A stretch of 64,000 nucleotides of DNA, taken from positions 203,013 through 267,012 of the forward strand of contig CAZSOZ010000002.1 of assembly GCA_964608675.1 (NCBI GenBank), given 5' to 3'. Below are positions 19,350-29,764 of this stretch, piece by piece (within the stretch, counting starts at the first letter, position 1; each line of letters begins with the position of its first letter). A program made the translations under genes and the position numbers. This DNA comes from an uncultured archaeon (GTDB lineage Archaea > Iainarchaeota > Iainarchaeia > Iainarchaeales > 1-14-0-10-31-34). The notes under the pieces were generated by a model. It was not told the DNA's origin. It did not search any database and was given only the letters and a program-made list of their open reading frames with translations.

Positions 19350-20549
19350 ATGCCGGAAATAAGTAATAGAACAAAAAATTTAGGAACCGAAAATGCTTTT
19401 GTTGTGTTAGGAGAAGTCAACAAAAGAATTGCACAAGGAGAAAAAATAATTAGTTTTTGTATAGGCCAGCCTGATTTTGATGCCCCTGAAAACGTAAGAG
19501 AAGCAGCAAAAAAAGCAATTGAATCAAATAAATCAGGGTACACTTCTTCCTGCGGAGTGCCTGAATTAAGAAAAGCAATAGCAGAATACGAAGGAAAAGC
19601 AAGAGGAATAGAAATTAACCCTGACTGGATTGTAGTTGATTCAGGAGCAAAAAGCTTTATTACTCATTCAATTATGACAACAACAGACTACGGAAAAGGA
19701 GACGAAATAATGTACCCTAATCCAGGATACCCAATTTATTCAGCACAAACAGAAGTAAACGGAGCAACAGGAATCCCCTACAATATTCTGGAATCAAAAA
19801 ACTTTAATTTTGATTTAGAAGAATTCAAAGAAAAAGTTTCAAATAAAACAAAATTAATTATAATTAATTCCCCGCAAAACCCAACAGGAGGAGTTCTCAC
19901 AAAAGAATCATTAAAAGGAATAGCAGACATTGCATTAGACAAAGACATATGGGTTTATGCAGACGAAATCTATCAGCACATAATGTTTGACGGAAAATTT
20001 GAAAGCATTGCTTCATTAGAAGGAATGCAAGAAAAAACAATTATTGCAACAGGAGTAAGCAAAACTTTTGCAATGACCGGCTGGAGAATAGGATATGCAA
20101 TAAACGAAAAATTAGCTAAACCTTTTACTACCTGGGTTACAAACATTAATGCATGCGCAGGACACGTCAACCAGTTTGCAGCAATAGCCGCACTAAAAAC
20201 AGCAGAAGAAGACGCAAAAAAAATGACTGAATCCTTTCACAAAAGAAGAGATTTAATTGTAAAACTAGTTAACGAAATTCCCGGATTCAAATGCTTGAAT
20301 CCAAAAGGAACTTTTTACATTTATCCAAATGTAAGTGAAGCATGCAAAATGATTAACACAAAAGATTCAGAAGAATTAAGAAAAAGAATTTTAGATGAAG
20401 CAAAAGTAGCTGTTCTGGCAGACATTCATTTCGGAAAAAAAATCCCGTCAGAAGGCGAACACTTAAGATTTTCTTTTGCAACATCAGACGAAAACATAAA
20501 AGAAGGAACACAAGCAATAAAAGAATTCATGGAAAAAAACTCAAAATAA
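19350..20549 (+). CDS. PLP-dependent aminotransferase class I/II (aspartate aminotransferase-like)
   Basis: IGQPDF, NSPQNPTGG, DEIY, SKTFAMTGWRIGY, LRFSFA. Confidence 0.92.
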   Translation: MPEISNRTKNLGTENAFVVLGEVNKRIAQGEKIISFCIGQPDFDAPENVREAAKKAIESNKSGYTSSCGVPELRKAIAEYEGKARGIEINPDWIVVDSGAKSFITHSIMTTTDYGKGDEIMYPNPGYPIYSAQTEVNGATGIPYNILESKNFNFDLEEFKEKVSNKTKLIIINSPQNPTGGVLTKESLKGIADIALDKDIWVYADEIYQHIMFDGKFESIASLEGMQEKTIIATGVSKTFAMTGWRIGYAINEKLAKPFTTWVTNINACAGHVNQFAAIAALKTAEEDAKKMTESFHKRRDLIVKLVNEIPGFKCLNPKGTFYIYPNVSEACKMINTKDSEELRKRILDEAKVAVLADIHFGKKIPSEGEHLRFSFATSDENIKEGTQAIKEFMEKNSK

Positions 20550-20551
20550 AA

Positions 20552-21784
20552 TCAAGAAGAATTTGAATCCATGGGAACAACCTGTTCTTGAACATCCTTC
20601 TCCACTTGAGAAGAATTTAAACTGCATACAGCTATTTCAGAATAATCAAAGTCATTCAAAAAATAATTAAAAGTAAAATTTTCTTTTACATTAAAAGAAG
20701 AAAAATCACCAGACAACGAAATTGCAGTAAAAACCCCCGGCTTTAAAGTATAAGGACAAACAACACATTCAGTTTCCAAAACAGAAGTTGTCACATCATT
20801 TAATTGAATTTCGTTTTCAGTTAAATTAATTAAACCAAAAACAAGAAAATTGTCCTGCAAAGAAACAGATTGAATTTTAATGTTAGATGAAATAAAAGTG
20901 CATTCACTTTCTTTTTGAGGGCTTTCAGAGTTCATAATGCTGACTCCCATCATCAAAGCCTTAAAGCATGCTCCAACGGCTTCAAAAGCTTCAGTCATTT
21001 CTTGGATTTCTTCTTTAGAAGCATGCGTTGAAGTAAGCTGTCCAGAAATCAGCTGAGCAGAATTATTATTTAAATTAACTTCAATTACAGCAATGTCATC
21101 CTGGTCTTCAAATTCCCTTGAAGAACTATAACCCTGATAAAAGCATTCTCCTAAAGCTTTAATTGAATAAGAAACAAGAAATTTTTTGCTTCCAGAATTA
21201 CTTATTTCTCTTTTTAAAACAAGACTGCAGGATTCAATATTAGAAATTTGTTTCTCCAAATAAGAAATTTGTTGAGAATCAAGAGAATCCAAAACATCAA
21301 GTGAATCAGAACTCAAAGAAGACAATTCATAAAAATCCTTTAAATTATTAATGTAAATCCGGGCATTGCATTCATTTTGTTTTAAAAGAGAATCATCAAT
21401 TACCTTCAACATTTTTCCTACAGGAGTTTTTGATTCAGCCAAAGAAAAAATTTTATTATCAAGGCTTGATTCATTAAATTCCACTTGAATTTCATCAGAA
21501 AAAACTGTTTCTCCTGCAAAAACAGTAATAACTGCAGTTGAACCAAAAGAAACACAATTTAATTTAATTTTATTTGCGCCCTGAATCAAAGAAAAATCAT
21601 CATCACACAAAATTTCATCATCAGCAGAAGACAACTGGACTTTAACATCAACCTGCTTGTTTGAATGCAATTCAATCAAAGTTGAATCTCCTTCAACTGA
21701 CGCAGACTTAATTAAAATCTGAGGCTGAAGAAGACAGCCAAAAAAAACAACAACCAAAACTAACAACAAGAAAAATTTTTTCAT
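20552..21784 (-). CDS. Hypothetical secreted protein / lipoprotein
   Basis: MKK + hydrophobic stretch + FFGC lipobox-like motif; Ser-rich; no family recognised. Confidence 0.7.
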   Translation of the reverse strand: MKKFFLLLVLVVVFFGCLLQPQILIKSASVEGDSTLIELHSNKQVDVKVQLSSADDEILCDDDFSLIQGANKIKLNCVSFGSTAVITVFAGETVFSDEIQVEFNESSLDNKIFSLAESKTPVGKMLKVIDDSLLKQNECNARIYINNLKDFYELSSLSSDSLDVLDSLDSQQISYLEKQISNIESCSLVLKREISNSGSKKFLVSYSIKALGECFYQGYSSSREFEDQDDIAVIEVNLNNNSAQLISGQLTSTHASKEEIQEMTEAFEAVGACFKALMMGVSIMNSESPQKESECTFISSNIKIQSVSLQDNFLVFGLINLTENEIQLNDVTTSVLETECVVCPYTLKPGVFTAISLSGDFSSFNVKENFTFNYFLNDFDYSEIAVCSLNSSQVEKDVQEQVVPMDSNSS

Positions 21785-21837
21785 TTAAACTAAAAAGTAA
21801 AAACACTTATTTAAACCTTTGCAAAAATTAAAGTTTT

Positions 21838-22401
21838 ATGGAATTAATTATTGCAACAGGAAACAAACACAAAGTCCAGGAAATCAAAAAAATTTTAGGA
21901 AAAAAAATTACATTAAAACAGTTAAATGTTGAACTGCATGAACCAAAAAGCAGTTCACTTGAAAAAATTGCAGAAGCAAAAGTCAGACAGGCATACAAAA
22001 AAATAAGAAAGCCATTGATTACAGAAGATACAGGAATTTACTTTACTGACTTAAATAATTTTCCTGGAACAGAACCAAAAAGATGGTTTCTAAAATTAGG
22101 TTTTGATGGAATTCTAAAAAAACTTAAAGAAAAAAAAAGAAATGCCTACTACAAAACAGTTATCTGTTTTTTTGACGGAAAAAAAAGCAGGTTTTTTACA
22201 GGAAAATTACAAGGAAAAATCACAAAAAAAGTTTTTTTTCCAGAAAAAGATGTAATGGCATACGAAAAAATATTTATTCCAAAAGGCAAGAAAAAAGTTC
22301 TTGCATTCTATTCAAGGAAAACAAAAAACAGTTTTTCTCATCGCGCTAAAGCAGGCAAAAAATTAAAGGAATTTTTGAAAAAAAAATTCACAAAAAATTA
22401 A
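21838..22401 (+). CDS. Non-canonical purine NTP pyrophosphatase (Ham1/RdgB/ITPase)
   Basis: ATGNKHKVQE, EDTG, FPG, KNSFSHR. Confidence 0.9.
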   Translation: MELIIATGNKHKVQEIKKILGKKITLKQLNVELHEPKSSSLEKIAEAKVRQAYKKIRKPLITEDTGIYFTDLNNFPGTEPKRWFLKLGFDGILKKLKEKKRNAYYKTVICFFDGKKSRFFTGKLQGKITKKVFFPEKDVMAYEKIFIPKGKKKVLAFYSRKTKNSFSHRAKAGKKLKEFLKKKFTKN

Positions 22402-23395
22402 TTATAGGATTTAAAATCAAATAGCTTAAAGCTCCAATAAAAGCAGTAACAGGAATAGTTAAAATCCATGCCCAAACAATGTTTCTTGCAATACTCCATC
22501 TTACAGCTGAAGCCCTCCTGCTTAAACCCACTCCCATAATTGAACCAGAAATTACATGAGTAGTGCTAACAGGAATTCCAAACAAAGTGCTTGCAATAAT
22601 TACTCCTGCCCCGGAAGTTTCAGCACAAAAACCATTAACAGGCCTTAACTTGGTTATTTTTGTACCCATTGTTTTCACTACTCTCCAGCCTCCTGCAATA
22701 GTCCCTAAAGCAATCACCGAATGAGACAAAATTATAACCCACCAGGGAACATCAAACTGGCTTCCAAGCATTCCTCCAGAAAAAAGAAGCAAAGAAATTA
22801 TTCCCATTGTTTTTTGAGCGTCATTTGTTCCATGGCCCAAAGAATAAACTGAAACAGAAATCAATTGAAGACGCTTAAACAAATTATTTACTTTTCCAGG
22901 AGGAGTTTTTTTAACCAGCCTTAAAATCAACGCAGAAAACAAAAAAGAACCAACCATTCCAAGAACCGGCGCAACAAAAATAAAAGCAAAAATAATTATA
23001 ATACCTGAAACAATCAAAGAATTAAATCCTGCTCCAATTAATGCTGAACCAACAAGACCGCCAATTAAAGCATGAGAAGCAGAAACAGGCAAACCAATAA
23101 AAGAAGAAAAATAAACCCAAACAATAGATCCTATTAGACCAGCTAAAACAATTGTAGTAGTAACAACTTCAGGATTCACTAATCCTTTTCCAATAGTTTT
23201 TGCTACAGCAACAGAAAAAAGAAATGCAGCAACAAAATTAAAAAAAGCAGAAAGAAGAACTGCCGCACGAAGGGAAAGCACCCTTGTAGCAACAACAGTT
23301 GAAATTGCATTAGCAGCATCATTTAATCCATTTCCAAAATCAAAAGCCAAAGCCAAAACAATTCCAATTAAAACCAAAATAAAAAGATCAAGCAT
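22388..23395 (-). CDS. pit: Inorganic phosphate transporter, PiT family
   Basis: NGLNDAANAI, PVSASHA, HGTNDAQK, PVSTTH. Confidence 0.93.
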   Translation of the reverse strand: MLDLFILVLIGIVLALAFDFGNGLNDAANAISTVVATRVLSLRAAVLLSAFFNFVAAFLFSVAVAKTIGKGLVNPEVVTTTIVLAGLIGSIVWVYFSSFIGLPVSASHALIGGLVGSALIGAGFNSLIVSGIIIIFAFIFVAPVLGMVGSFLFSALILRLVKKTPPGKVNNLFKRLQLISVSVYSLGHGTNDAQKTMGIISLLLFSGGMLGSQFDVPWWVIILSHSVIALGTIAGGWRVVKTMGTKITKLRPVNGFCAETSGAGVIIASTLFGIPVSTTHVISGSIMGVGLSRRASAVRWSIARNIVWAWILTIPVTAFIGALSYLILNPIINFL

Positions 23396-24029
23396 GCTTT
23401 ATCACAATGCCTTCAATTATTCTTGCAACATCCTGTGTCCTGTCAATTAATGCCTCTAATTCAGTATACAACTCCTTTCTTCTAATAATATTTACAGGAT
23501 TCTTTTCTTTTTTGAATAAGTCAGTCATTGCCCTAAAATAAATTTCGTCTCCTTCATCTTCAAGGTCATGAATTTTTCTTAAATGAGAAGAAATATTTTT
23601 TGGTTTTTTTAAGCAGGAAACAGCCTTATAAACTTCATGCAATGACTTCAAAGAAACAACAGACAATTCAAACAAGTCTTTGGGAATTTTGTTTATCTGA
23701 TACTGAAGGCATTTTTGGGAAATGTCGTCCATTGAGTCAACTAAATCATCAAGCAATTCAGTTAACTGATGAATGTCTTCCCTATCAATCGGAGTAATAA
23801 AACTTTTATGCAATAATTCAACTGTTTCATGAATTAATTTGTCTGCTTCATGCTCTCTGTCATTTATTTCCCTGATTTTTTTCTTTCTTTGAGACCAAGA
23901 CAAAGAATCATAATCCCTTAAAAACTTGCCAAACAAAGTTCCTGTTTCACAAACCACTTGAGCCTGGTTTTTTAATAAATCGAAGAAAATGTCTTCTTTT
24001 GGCATAAAAAAATTAATTATTCTCTTCAT
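23388..24029 (-). CDS. DUF47 phosphate transport regulator (PhoU-like)
   Basis: EHEAD, FITPIDREDI, LEDEGD; coupled to pit. Confidence 0.9.
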   Translation of the reverse strand: MKRIINFFMPKEDIFFDLLKNQAQVVCETGTLFGKFLRDYDSLSWSQRKKKIREINDREHEADKLIHETVELLHKSFITPIDREDIHQLTELLDDLVDSMDDISQKCLQYQINKIPKDLFELSVVSLKSLHEVYKAVSCLKKPKNISSHLRKIHDLEDEGDEIYFRAMTDLFKKEKNPVNIIRRKELYTELEALIDRTQDVARIIEGIVIKHA

Positions 24030-24118
24030 TCAAAAATTTGCTCAAGAAAAATATTTAAACAGTTCTCAAACAAAAGAAACTTTAAAATAAAAACTTTTGG
24101 CAATACAAATAAATGTCT

Positions 24119-24202
24119 GCAGGAGTAGGAAAGCGGTCAAATCCGCAGGGTTTAGGACCCTGTCCCTTAGTGGGTTCGCAGGTTCGAATCCTGTCTCCTG
24201 CA
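24119..24202 (+). tRNA. tRNA-Leu (anticodon TAG), CCA not encoded
   Basis: Acceptor GCAGGAG/CTCCTGC, anticodon arm CAGGG-TTTAGGA-CCCTG, long variable arm, T-arm GCAGG-TTCGAAT-CCTGT. Confidence 0.95.
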
Positions 24203-24265
24203 AAACCTTTTCCAAAAGGTTTAACAAAATGTAGGGGGCAAGCCCGTACTGCAAAAAATTAAAGG

Positions 24266-25087
24266 ATGTTTATGTTTGCGACAGATTTAGGTTTAAGTTC
24301 ATTCAAAGCAGTTGAATTCAAAAACAAAAAAATCAAAAAAAAGAAAAGAATTTTTTTAAACGAAAAAGAAAGCATTGAAAAACAAATAAAAAAATTTTTT
24401 TCAAGCAGATTTTTTCCAAGAAAAAAAGCAATTGCTTTAACTGGAGCACACTCACAAAAAGCTGTTTCAATATTAAAAAAAAAAAAATTCATTTTAGTAA
24501 ACGAAATTGAATCAATTGCAAAAGGAACTGCATCAATGTCAAAACAAAAAGAATTTCTTGCAGGTTCAATCGGAACAGGAATCTGTTTTGTTTCAGTGAA
24601 AAAAAATAAATGCATGCACATAGGAGGCACAGCAGAAGGAGGAAAAACAATAACCGGTTTAGGAAAGCTTATTGCAAAAGAAAAAAACTTTAAAAAAATT
24701 GAATTGAATGCAAAAAAAGGGAACTATAAAAAAATTGATTTAATGCTTTCAGATGTTTATCCAAAAGGAATAGGTCTGCTTAAAGGAAATGTTTCAGTTG
24801 CAAACTTTGGAAAAATAAAAAGCAAAAAAAAAGAGGATTTATGCGCAGGAATATTCAACATGGTTTGCCAGGGAATTTCAACTCATGCATTGCTTGCAGC
24901 AAAATCTGCAGGACACAAAAAAATAGTTTTTGTAGGAAGCCTGGCTGAAAGCAGTTTATTCAAAAAGACTTTCAATGAATGCAGGAAAGTTTTTCCTTTA
25001 GCCAAAGGAATTTTTCTGAAAAATGCAGGTTATGCAACAGCAATCGGAGCAGCATTAATTGCATCAGAAACAAAAAAGAAAAAATGA
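24266..25087 (+). CDS. Type II pantothenate kinase-like (fumble/CoaW family)
   Basis: DLGLSSFK, LTG, NEIESIAKG, SIGTG, GGTAEGGKTITGL, GNYKKIDL..SDVY, ANFGK. Confidence 0.8.
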   Translation: MFMFATDLGLSSFKAVEFKNKKIKKKKRIFLNEKESIEKQIKKFFSSRFFPRKKAIALTGAHSQKAVSILKKKKFILVNEIESIAKGTASMSKQKEFLAGSIGTGICFVSVKKNKCMHIGGTAEGGKTITGLGKLIAKEKNFKKIELNAKKGNYKKIDLMLSDVYPKGIGLLKGNVSVANFGKIKSKKKEDLCAGIFNMVCQGISTHALLAAKSAGHKKIVFVGSLAESSLFKKTFNECRKVFPLAKGIFLKNAGYATAIGAALIASETKKKK

Positions 25088-25119
25088 GTTTTAATATAAC
25101 TTTTTTTAAAAGTTGTTTT

Positions 25120-25192
25120 AGGAGAGTGGTCTAGTGGCTATGACAACGGCCTCACACGCCGTAGATCGGGAGTTCGACTCTCCCCTCTCCTA
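25120..25192 (+). tRNA. tRNA-Val (anticodon CAC), CCA not encoded
   Basis: Acceptor AGGAGAG/CTCTCCT, anticodon arm ACGGC-CTCACAC-GCCGT, T-arm GGGAG-TTCGACT-CTCCC. Confidence 0.95.
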
Positions 25193-25195
25193 CTT

Positions 25196-26692
25196 TTAAG
25201 ATTTTTTTATCACTAAAACTTTGCCGGTAAAGCCGTTAGCACGAATTTCAGACAAAATCGAATTCATTCCCCATAAATAAGAAACTTTTTCTTCTACAAC
25301 CAAATCAGTTGAATTTTCTTTAAAATTATCTTTTTTTTCAAGAACCTTTATTCCAAGAAAACTGTCTTTAATTAATTTGTTTGAATCAAATTCGTTGTTA
25401 AACCACAAAATTTTATATGCTTCAATTTCTTTTACAGGAGTTGACTGTTCCACATACAAATAAGAATTTTCGCTGAATTTTTTCTTTAAAATTAATTCCA
25501 ATTCAGACATGCGAAAATTTCTTTCAGGTTTAATTAAAACAAAATAACTCCAGCCTGATTTATCAGAATAAATTATTTTGCCAAACTGTTCTGCTTCAAA
25601 ATCAACTTTTTCTTTTTCTAGTTCTTCAGGAAGCCCGTAAACAAACAATCCTCCTTCTGCTTTTTCTTCCTGAAAAGAATAAATAAAATAATTCGGCTGT
25701 ATTTCCCTGCCAAAAGAAAAATCAAGAAACTGGGAAGCCGACAAAACAAAAGAAGCCAACAAAATTAATGCAAGAACTGCATTCAAAAAAGAAAAAGAAA
25801 GTTTGCCAAGTTTTTTTTCAATAAAAAAATAGTAAGCCAAACCAAAAAACAAAATCATAGAAGATGCATAAAAATTATTTCCAATTTCCAAAGGAAGAAT
25901 TACATCAGCAAAACCAATAAAGCTTATTACAAACAAAGGAAGCAAAGTCGCAATCGAATGATTTTTTAAAGACAAATAATTCCTTGAAAAAAACAATGCA
26001 AGAAAGAATACAGCCATCATTGCTGCACCAGAAGCAATTCCTCCATCCAAAACAGAAATTAATACTGCAAGAAAGCCTGCAAGAAATACAAGGAAATCAA
26101 ACAAAGAGATTTCTTTTAATTTAGAGTTAATGTAAAGCAAAGCAGAAAAGAAAACAATTAATTCAATTAAAAGATAAAAGACAGCCCACAAACCAGCATC
26201 GGGAATAAAAGAATACCATGGAAAACCATTGTCATAATTCCCCCCAAAATTGGCTCCTAAATTTTTTTCCAATACATACAACGAAGCCTTGGGAAAATGA
26301 TTATGGCTTAACTTTGAAGCCTGCCAGCTGATTCTTTCATTATTTTCTGCAATTGTAGCAAACGGCCCCAAAGAATTAAATTCCATTGAAATCAAGCCAA
26401 ACTGAATTAAACCCAAAGCATAGCCTAAAAAAGCAAAAAACAAAAAAACACGCAGAAATGTTTTTGAATAAACTTTAAGTTTTTCAGTTAAATTAAATTT
26501 CAAAAACAAAAAAGAAATTAAAGGCAACAAAAAAAACCATAAAAGCATTACAAAAGTTTTTCCAGTTGAATTTCCTTCAAAAACCGCCTGGCTTAATCCA
26601 TGCAATAAAAGCATGAAAAAATCAATTAAAATTGCAAGTAAAGCAAAAACCACAGTAAAAGCTGAAAACAACAAAAGAATTTTTTTATTCAT
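25196..26692 (-). CDS. Hypothetical polytopic membrane protein
   Basis: About 10 hydrophobic segments, HNHFPK and LDGG motifs, soluble C-terminal domain. Confidence 0.7.
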   Translation of the reverse strand: MNKKILLLFSAFTVVFALLAILIDFFMLLLHGLSQAVFEGNSTGKTFVMLLWFFLLPLISFLFLKFNLTEKLKVYSKTFLRVFLFFAFLGYALGLIQFGLISMEFNSLGPFATIAENNERISWQASKLSHNHFPKASLYVLEKNLGANFGGNYDNGFPWYSFIPDAGLWAVFYLLIELIVFFSALLYINSKLKEISLFDFLVFLAGFLAVLISVLDGGIASGAAMMAVFFLALFFSRNYLSLKNHSIATLLPLFVISFIGFADVILPLEIGNNFYASSMILFFGLAYYFFIEKKLGKLSFSFLNAVLALILLASFVLSASQFLDFSFGREIQPNYFIYSFQEEKAEGGLFVYGLPEELEKEKVDFEAEQFGKIIYSDKSGWSYFVLIKPERNFRMSELELILKKKFSENSYLYVEQSTPVKEIEAYKILWFNNEFDSNKLIKDSFLGIKVLEKKDNFKENSTDLVVEEKVSYLWGMNSILSEIRANGFTGKVLVIKKS

Positions 26693-26764
26693 TTAAATAC
26701 CCAAGTAATTAAAACAAGATAAAATTAAATAGATATTCTGTATTAATAAATTTGGTGGGATTAA

Positions 26765-27454
26765 ATGATTAATGAAAAAGTTCAGTTAAGAGAAGCAATA
26801 AAAAAAACTGAAAGCAGTTTATATAAAATTTCCAATCAATTTGAAGAAACAGAAAAAACAATTCAAATGTTAAAAGAAATTTACAGTAATATTCTTTTAA
26901 TGGAAAAAATAACCGAAGAAAATCCTTCTCTGAATTCAACTGCAACAAATGCAATAAAAGAAAAAAAACTGGTTTCTTTACACAAAAAAATGCAGGAAAA
27001 ATTTGAAAAAATAAAACAGCAAATTAATTCATTTGAAGATAAAAGCATGAGAGCACAGCTTTTTCTGGAAAACTTCAGGACTGCAAGAACATATGAATTC
27101 AAAGACACGAATTCAATGGCAGAATTCGTAAAAGAAGCTTATCCATTATTTTCTATTTCAAGAATTACATTCAAGCCGGAATTCATTGGAACCGTTGACC
27201 TAAAAAAAATAGCAGAAGAAATCAAAGAAGAACCCAAAGGAAACCAAATGATTCAAATTCCAACAGAAAAACTTCCAGAACTAATTGAATTAATAGAAAA
27301 AAAAGGATTATTCAAAAACGCAAAACTTGAAAACGAACTCCTCAAAGTTTTCTTAAAAGGGAACACAGAAGTAGTAGTTGATTCAGACAACACAAGAATA
27401 AGAAGACTGGACAGGTTATGCAAGCAATATGATGGGGAATGCAAAGAAGACTAA
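26765..27454 (+). CDS. Hypothetical protein with N-terminal coiled coil
   Basis: 229-aa ORF, E/K-rich heptads, GGTGGGA SD-like upstream. Confidence 0.65.
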   Translation: MINEKVQLREAIKKTESSLYKISNQFEETEKTIQMLKEIYSNILLMEKITEENPSLNSTATNAIKEKKLVSLHKKMQEKFEKIKQQINSFEDKSMRAQLFLENFRTARTYEFKDTNSMAEFVKEAYPLFSISRITFKPEFIGTVDLKKIAEEIKEEPKGNQMIQIPTEKLPELIELIEKKGLFKNAKLENELLKVFLKGNTEVVVDSDNTRIRRLDRLCKQYDGECKED

Positions 27455-27532
27455 ACAAAACTTTTAGAAAAAGTTTTATCAAAAGAGGATTGAACCAAAA
27501 AAATAAAAACCAATAAAGCAAGTGATTTATTT

Positions 27533-28402
27533 ATGAAAAGAGAAAGAATAAACAAAGGCCTGGCAAAAATGTTCAAAGGCGGATGCATAATGGATGTAAC
27601 CAACGCCAAACAAGCCAAAATTGCAGAAAAATCCGGAGCCGTATCAGTAATGGCATTAGAAAGAATTCCTGCTGACATAAGAAAAGACGGAGGAATAGCA
27701 AGAATGTCAGACCCTGCACTAATAAAAGAAATAATGAAAACAGTTTCAATTCCGGTAATGGCAAAAGTCAGGATAGGGCACTTTGGAGAAGCACAAATTC
27801 TAGAGTCATTAGGAGTGGATTTTATTGATGAATCAGAAGTATTGACTCCAGCAGACCAAGAATTTCACATAGACAAAAAAAAATTTAACACTCCATTTGT
27901 TTGCGGAGCAATAGATTTAGGTCAGGCTTTAAGAAGAATAAATGAAGGAGCTTCAATGATTAGAACAAAAGGAGAAGCAGGAACAGGAAACATAATAGAA
28001 GCAGTCAAACACATCAGAACAATTAACAGAGAAATAAAAGAACTAAAAGAAAAAGATTCAGACAGACAGAAAATTTGGGCAAGACAGCAAAAAATTCCTT
28101 TTCCATTATTAGAAGAAACACTAAAAAAAGAAAGAATTCCTGTTGTGAATTTTGCTGCAGGAGGAATATCCACTCCAGCAGACGTAAGTTTGGTAATGCA
28201 GTTAGGAGTAGAAGGAGTATTCGTAGGTTCAGGAATCTTCAAGTCAAGCAATCCACTAAAATTAGCTAAAGCAATAGTTCAAGCCACAACATACTTTGAT
28301 GACCCAAACAAACTGGCAAAAGCTTCATTTAATTTAGGGAAAGCAATGAAAGGAAACGAATTAAGTGAACTAAAAGAAAGATACGCCAAACGCGGAAAAT
28401 AA
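27533..28402 (+). CDS. pdxS: Pyridoxal 5'-phosphate synthase lyase subunit
   Basis: [48 protein letters not shown]. Confidence 0.96.
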   Translation: MKRERINKGLAKMFKGGCIMDVTNAKQAKIAEKSGAVSVMALERIPADIRKDGGIARMSDPALIKEIMKTVSIPVMAKVRIGHFGEAQILESLGVDFIDESEVLTPADQEFHIDKKKFNTPFVCGAIDLGQALRRINEGASMIRTKGEAGTGNIIEAVKHIRTINREIKELKEKDSDRQKIWARQQKIPFPLLEETLKKERIPVVNFAAGGISTPADVSLVMQLGVEGVFVGSGIFKSSNPLKLAKAIVQATTYFDDPNKLAKASFNLGKAMKGNELSELKERYAKRGK

Positions 28403-28416
28403 AAAAAAGTGATTTA

Positions 28417-28980
28417 ATGCTGATTGGAATTCTTGCATTACAAGGAGATTTTGCTGAACACAAAAAAATCCTGGATAAACTAAAAGTTGAAAACATCTTT
28501 GTAAAGACAAAAGAAGATCTAAAAAAAATTGACGGATTGATTTTACCAGGCGGAGAATCAACCACAATAGGCAAAATGTTAAAAGAAACAGGAATAGGAA
28601 AACAAATTATTTCAAAATTCAAGAAAAACAAATTAGCTGTTTTTGGAACCTGTGCAGGCGCAATCTTGTTGTCAAAAAAAGTGATTGGAAACAAAGTTTT
28701 TTCCCTTGGATTACTGGATGCTGAAATTGAAAGGAATTCTTATGGAACACAAAAAGATTCTTTTGAAGAAAAAATTCAAACTGAATTTGGAGAATTAACT
28801 GCTTCTTTTATTAGGGCGCCAAAGTTTAAAAAACTAGGAAAAAAGACAAGGGTTCTTGGAAAAATAAAAAAACAGCCAGTGATTGTACAACAAAAAAAAA
28901 TTCTTGCTTCAACATGCCATCCGGAAATAACTTTGGACTCAAAATTGCATGAATATTTTTTGGGAATGATTAAAACTTAA
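28417..28980 (+). CDS. pdxT: Pyridoxal 5'-phosphate synthase glutaminase subunit
   Basis: LALQGDFAEH, PGGEST, GTCAG, RNSYG, FIRAP, HPE. Confidence 0.96.
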   Translation: MLIGILALQGDFAEHKKILDKLKVENIFVKTKEDLKKIDGLILPGGESTTIGKMLKETGIGKQIISKFKKNKLAVFGTCAGAILLSKKVIGNKVFSLGLLDAEIERNSYGTQKDSFEEKIQTEFGELTASFIRAPKFKKLGKKTRVLGKIKKQPVIVQQKKILASTCHPEITLDSKLHEYFLGMIKT

Positions 28981-29758
28981 TCCATACACAAACTTGAAGA
29001 AGTTTCTTCTAATACTTCAACTTTATTTTTCCATGGATCAATATTAAAAGAAAGCAAATATACTTGTTGACAACCCCTCTCCTCTTTAATTTCAGAATGA
29101 ATTATTGCTCCAATAACATCATCAGATATTCCTTCTTCAGGGTTTTTTATTTTCCAGCCAACCAAACCATACCTAGAATTTGAGTATTCTTGTTTAAATT
29201 CGATTAATTCTTCATTTTTTTCTAAAAGTTCTAAAGATTTTTCAGCTAATTCATCTGGAACATCATAACCCGCTGATTGATGCCAAGTGTCTAATTTAAA
29301 AGAGCGTGTTTCTGGATCAAAATCTAAATAAAAAGAAAAATCATCAAAGCCTGTATTAGAATAATCCCGTAATGGACTGTGCTTTAAAGAAAGATCAAAA
29401 TTTCCTAAAGTTTTTTCTCCAGTATAAGCTCTCACATAAACTGTTATCCTGTTTTCTATAGAAGCAACAGGGCTAATATTAACCATTTCAACATGTTTAT
29501 ACTGATAACCTTTAATAGCTCTAACATAAGGCTGAATTATCTTCAATAAATCTTCAGTTTCTTTTTCGTTTAATTCTGGAGGAAAAGTTCCCTTATAAGT
29601 GGTAACCTTAAAAAAATTTACTTTTTCTTTTAAAAGAGTCAAGGAGTTTGCTTAATTTCTTCTGATAGCCCTAAACCTTGATTTTTATCCTGTTTAATAA
29701 TATCAGTACAACCAAAAAGAAAAAAAATTAAAAAAACTAAAACAAAAAATTTTTTCAT
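28977..29758 (-). pseudogene. Lipoprotein gene split by a 1-nt frameshift (or sequencing error)
   Basis: ATG at 29758 gives MKKFFVLVFLIFFLFGCTD...QTP* (39 aa); the 221-aa body 28977..29642 continues in another frame. Confidence 0.6.
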
Positions 29759-29764
29759 TTCAAA

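Noticed and set aside
29636-29645. TGA readthrough, selenocysteine or programmed frameshift at CCT TGA
   Set aside because: An in-frame TAA follows two codons later; the required shift is -1 with no slippery heptamer; TGA is a normal stop in many genes here
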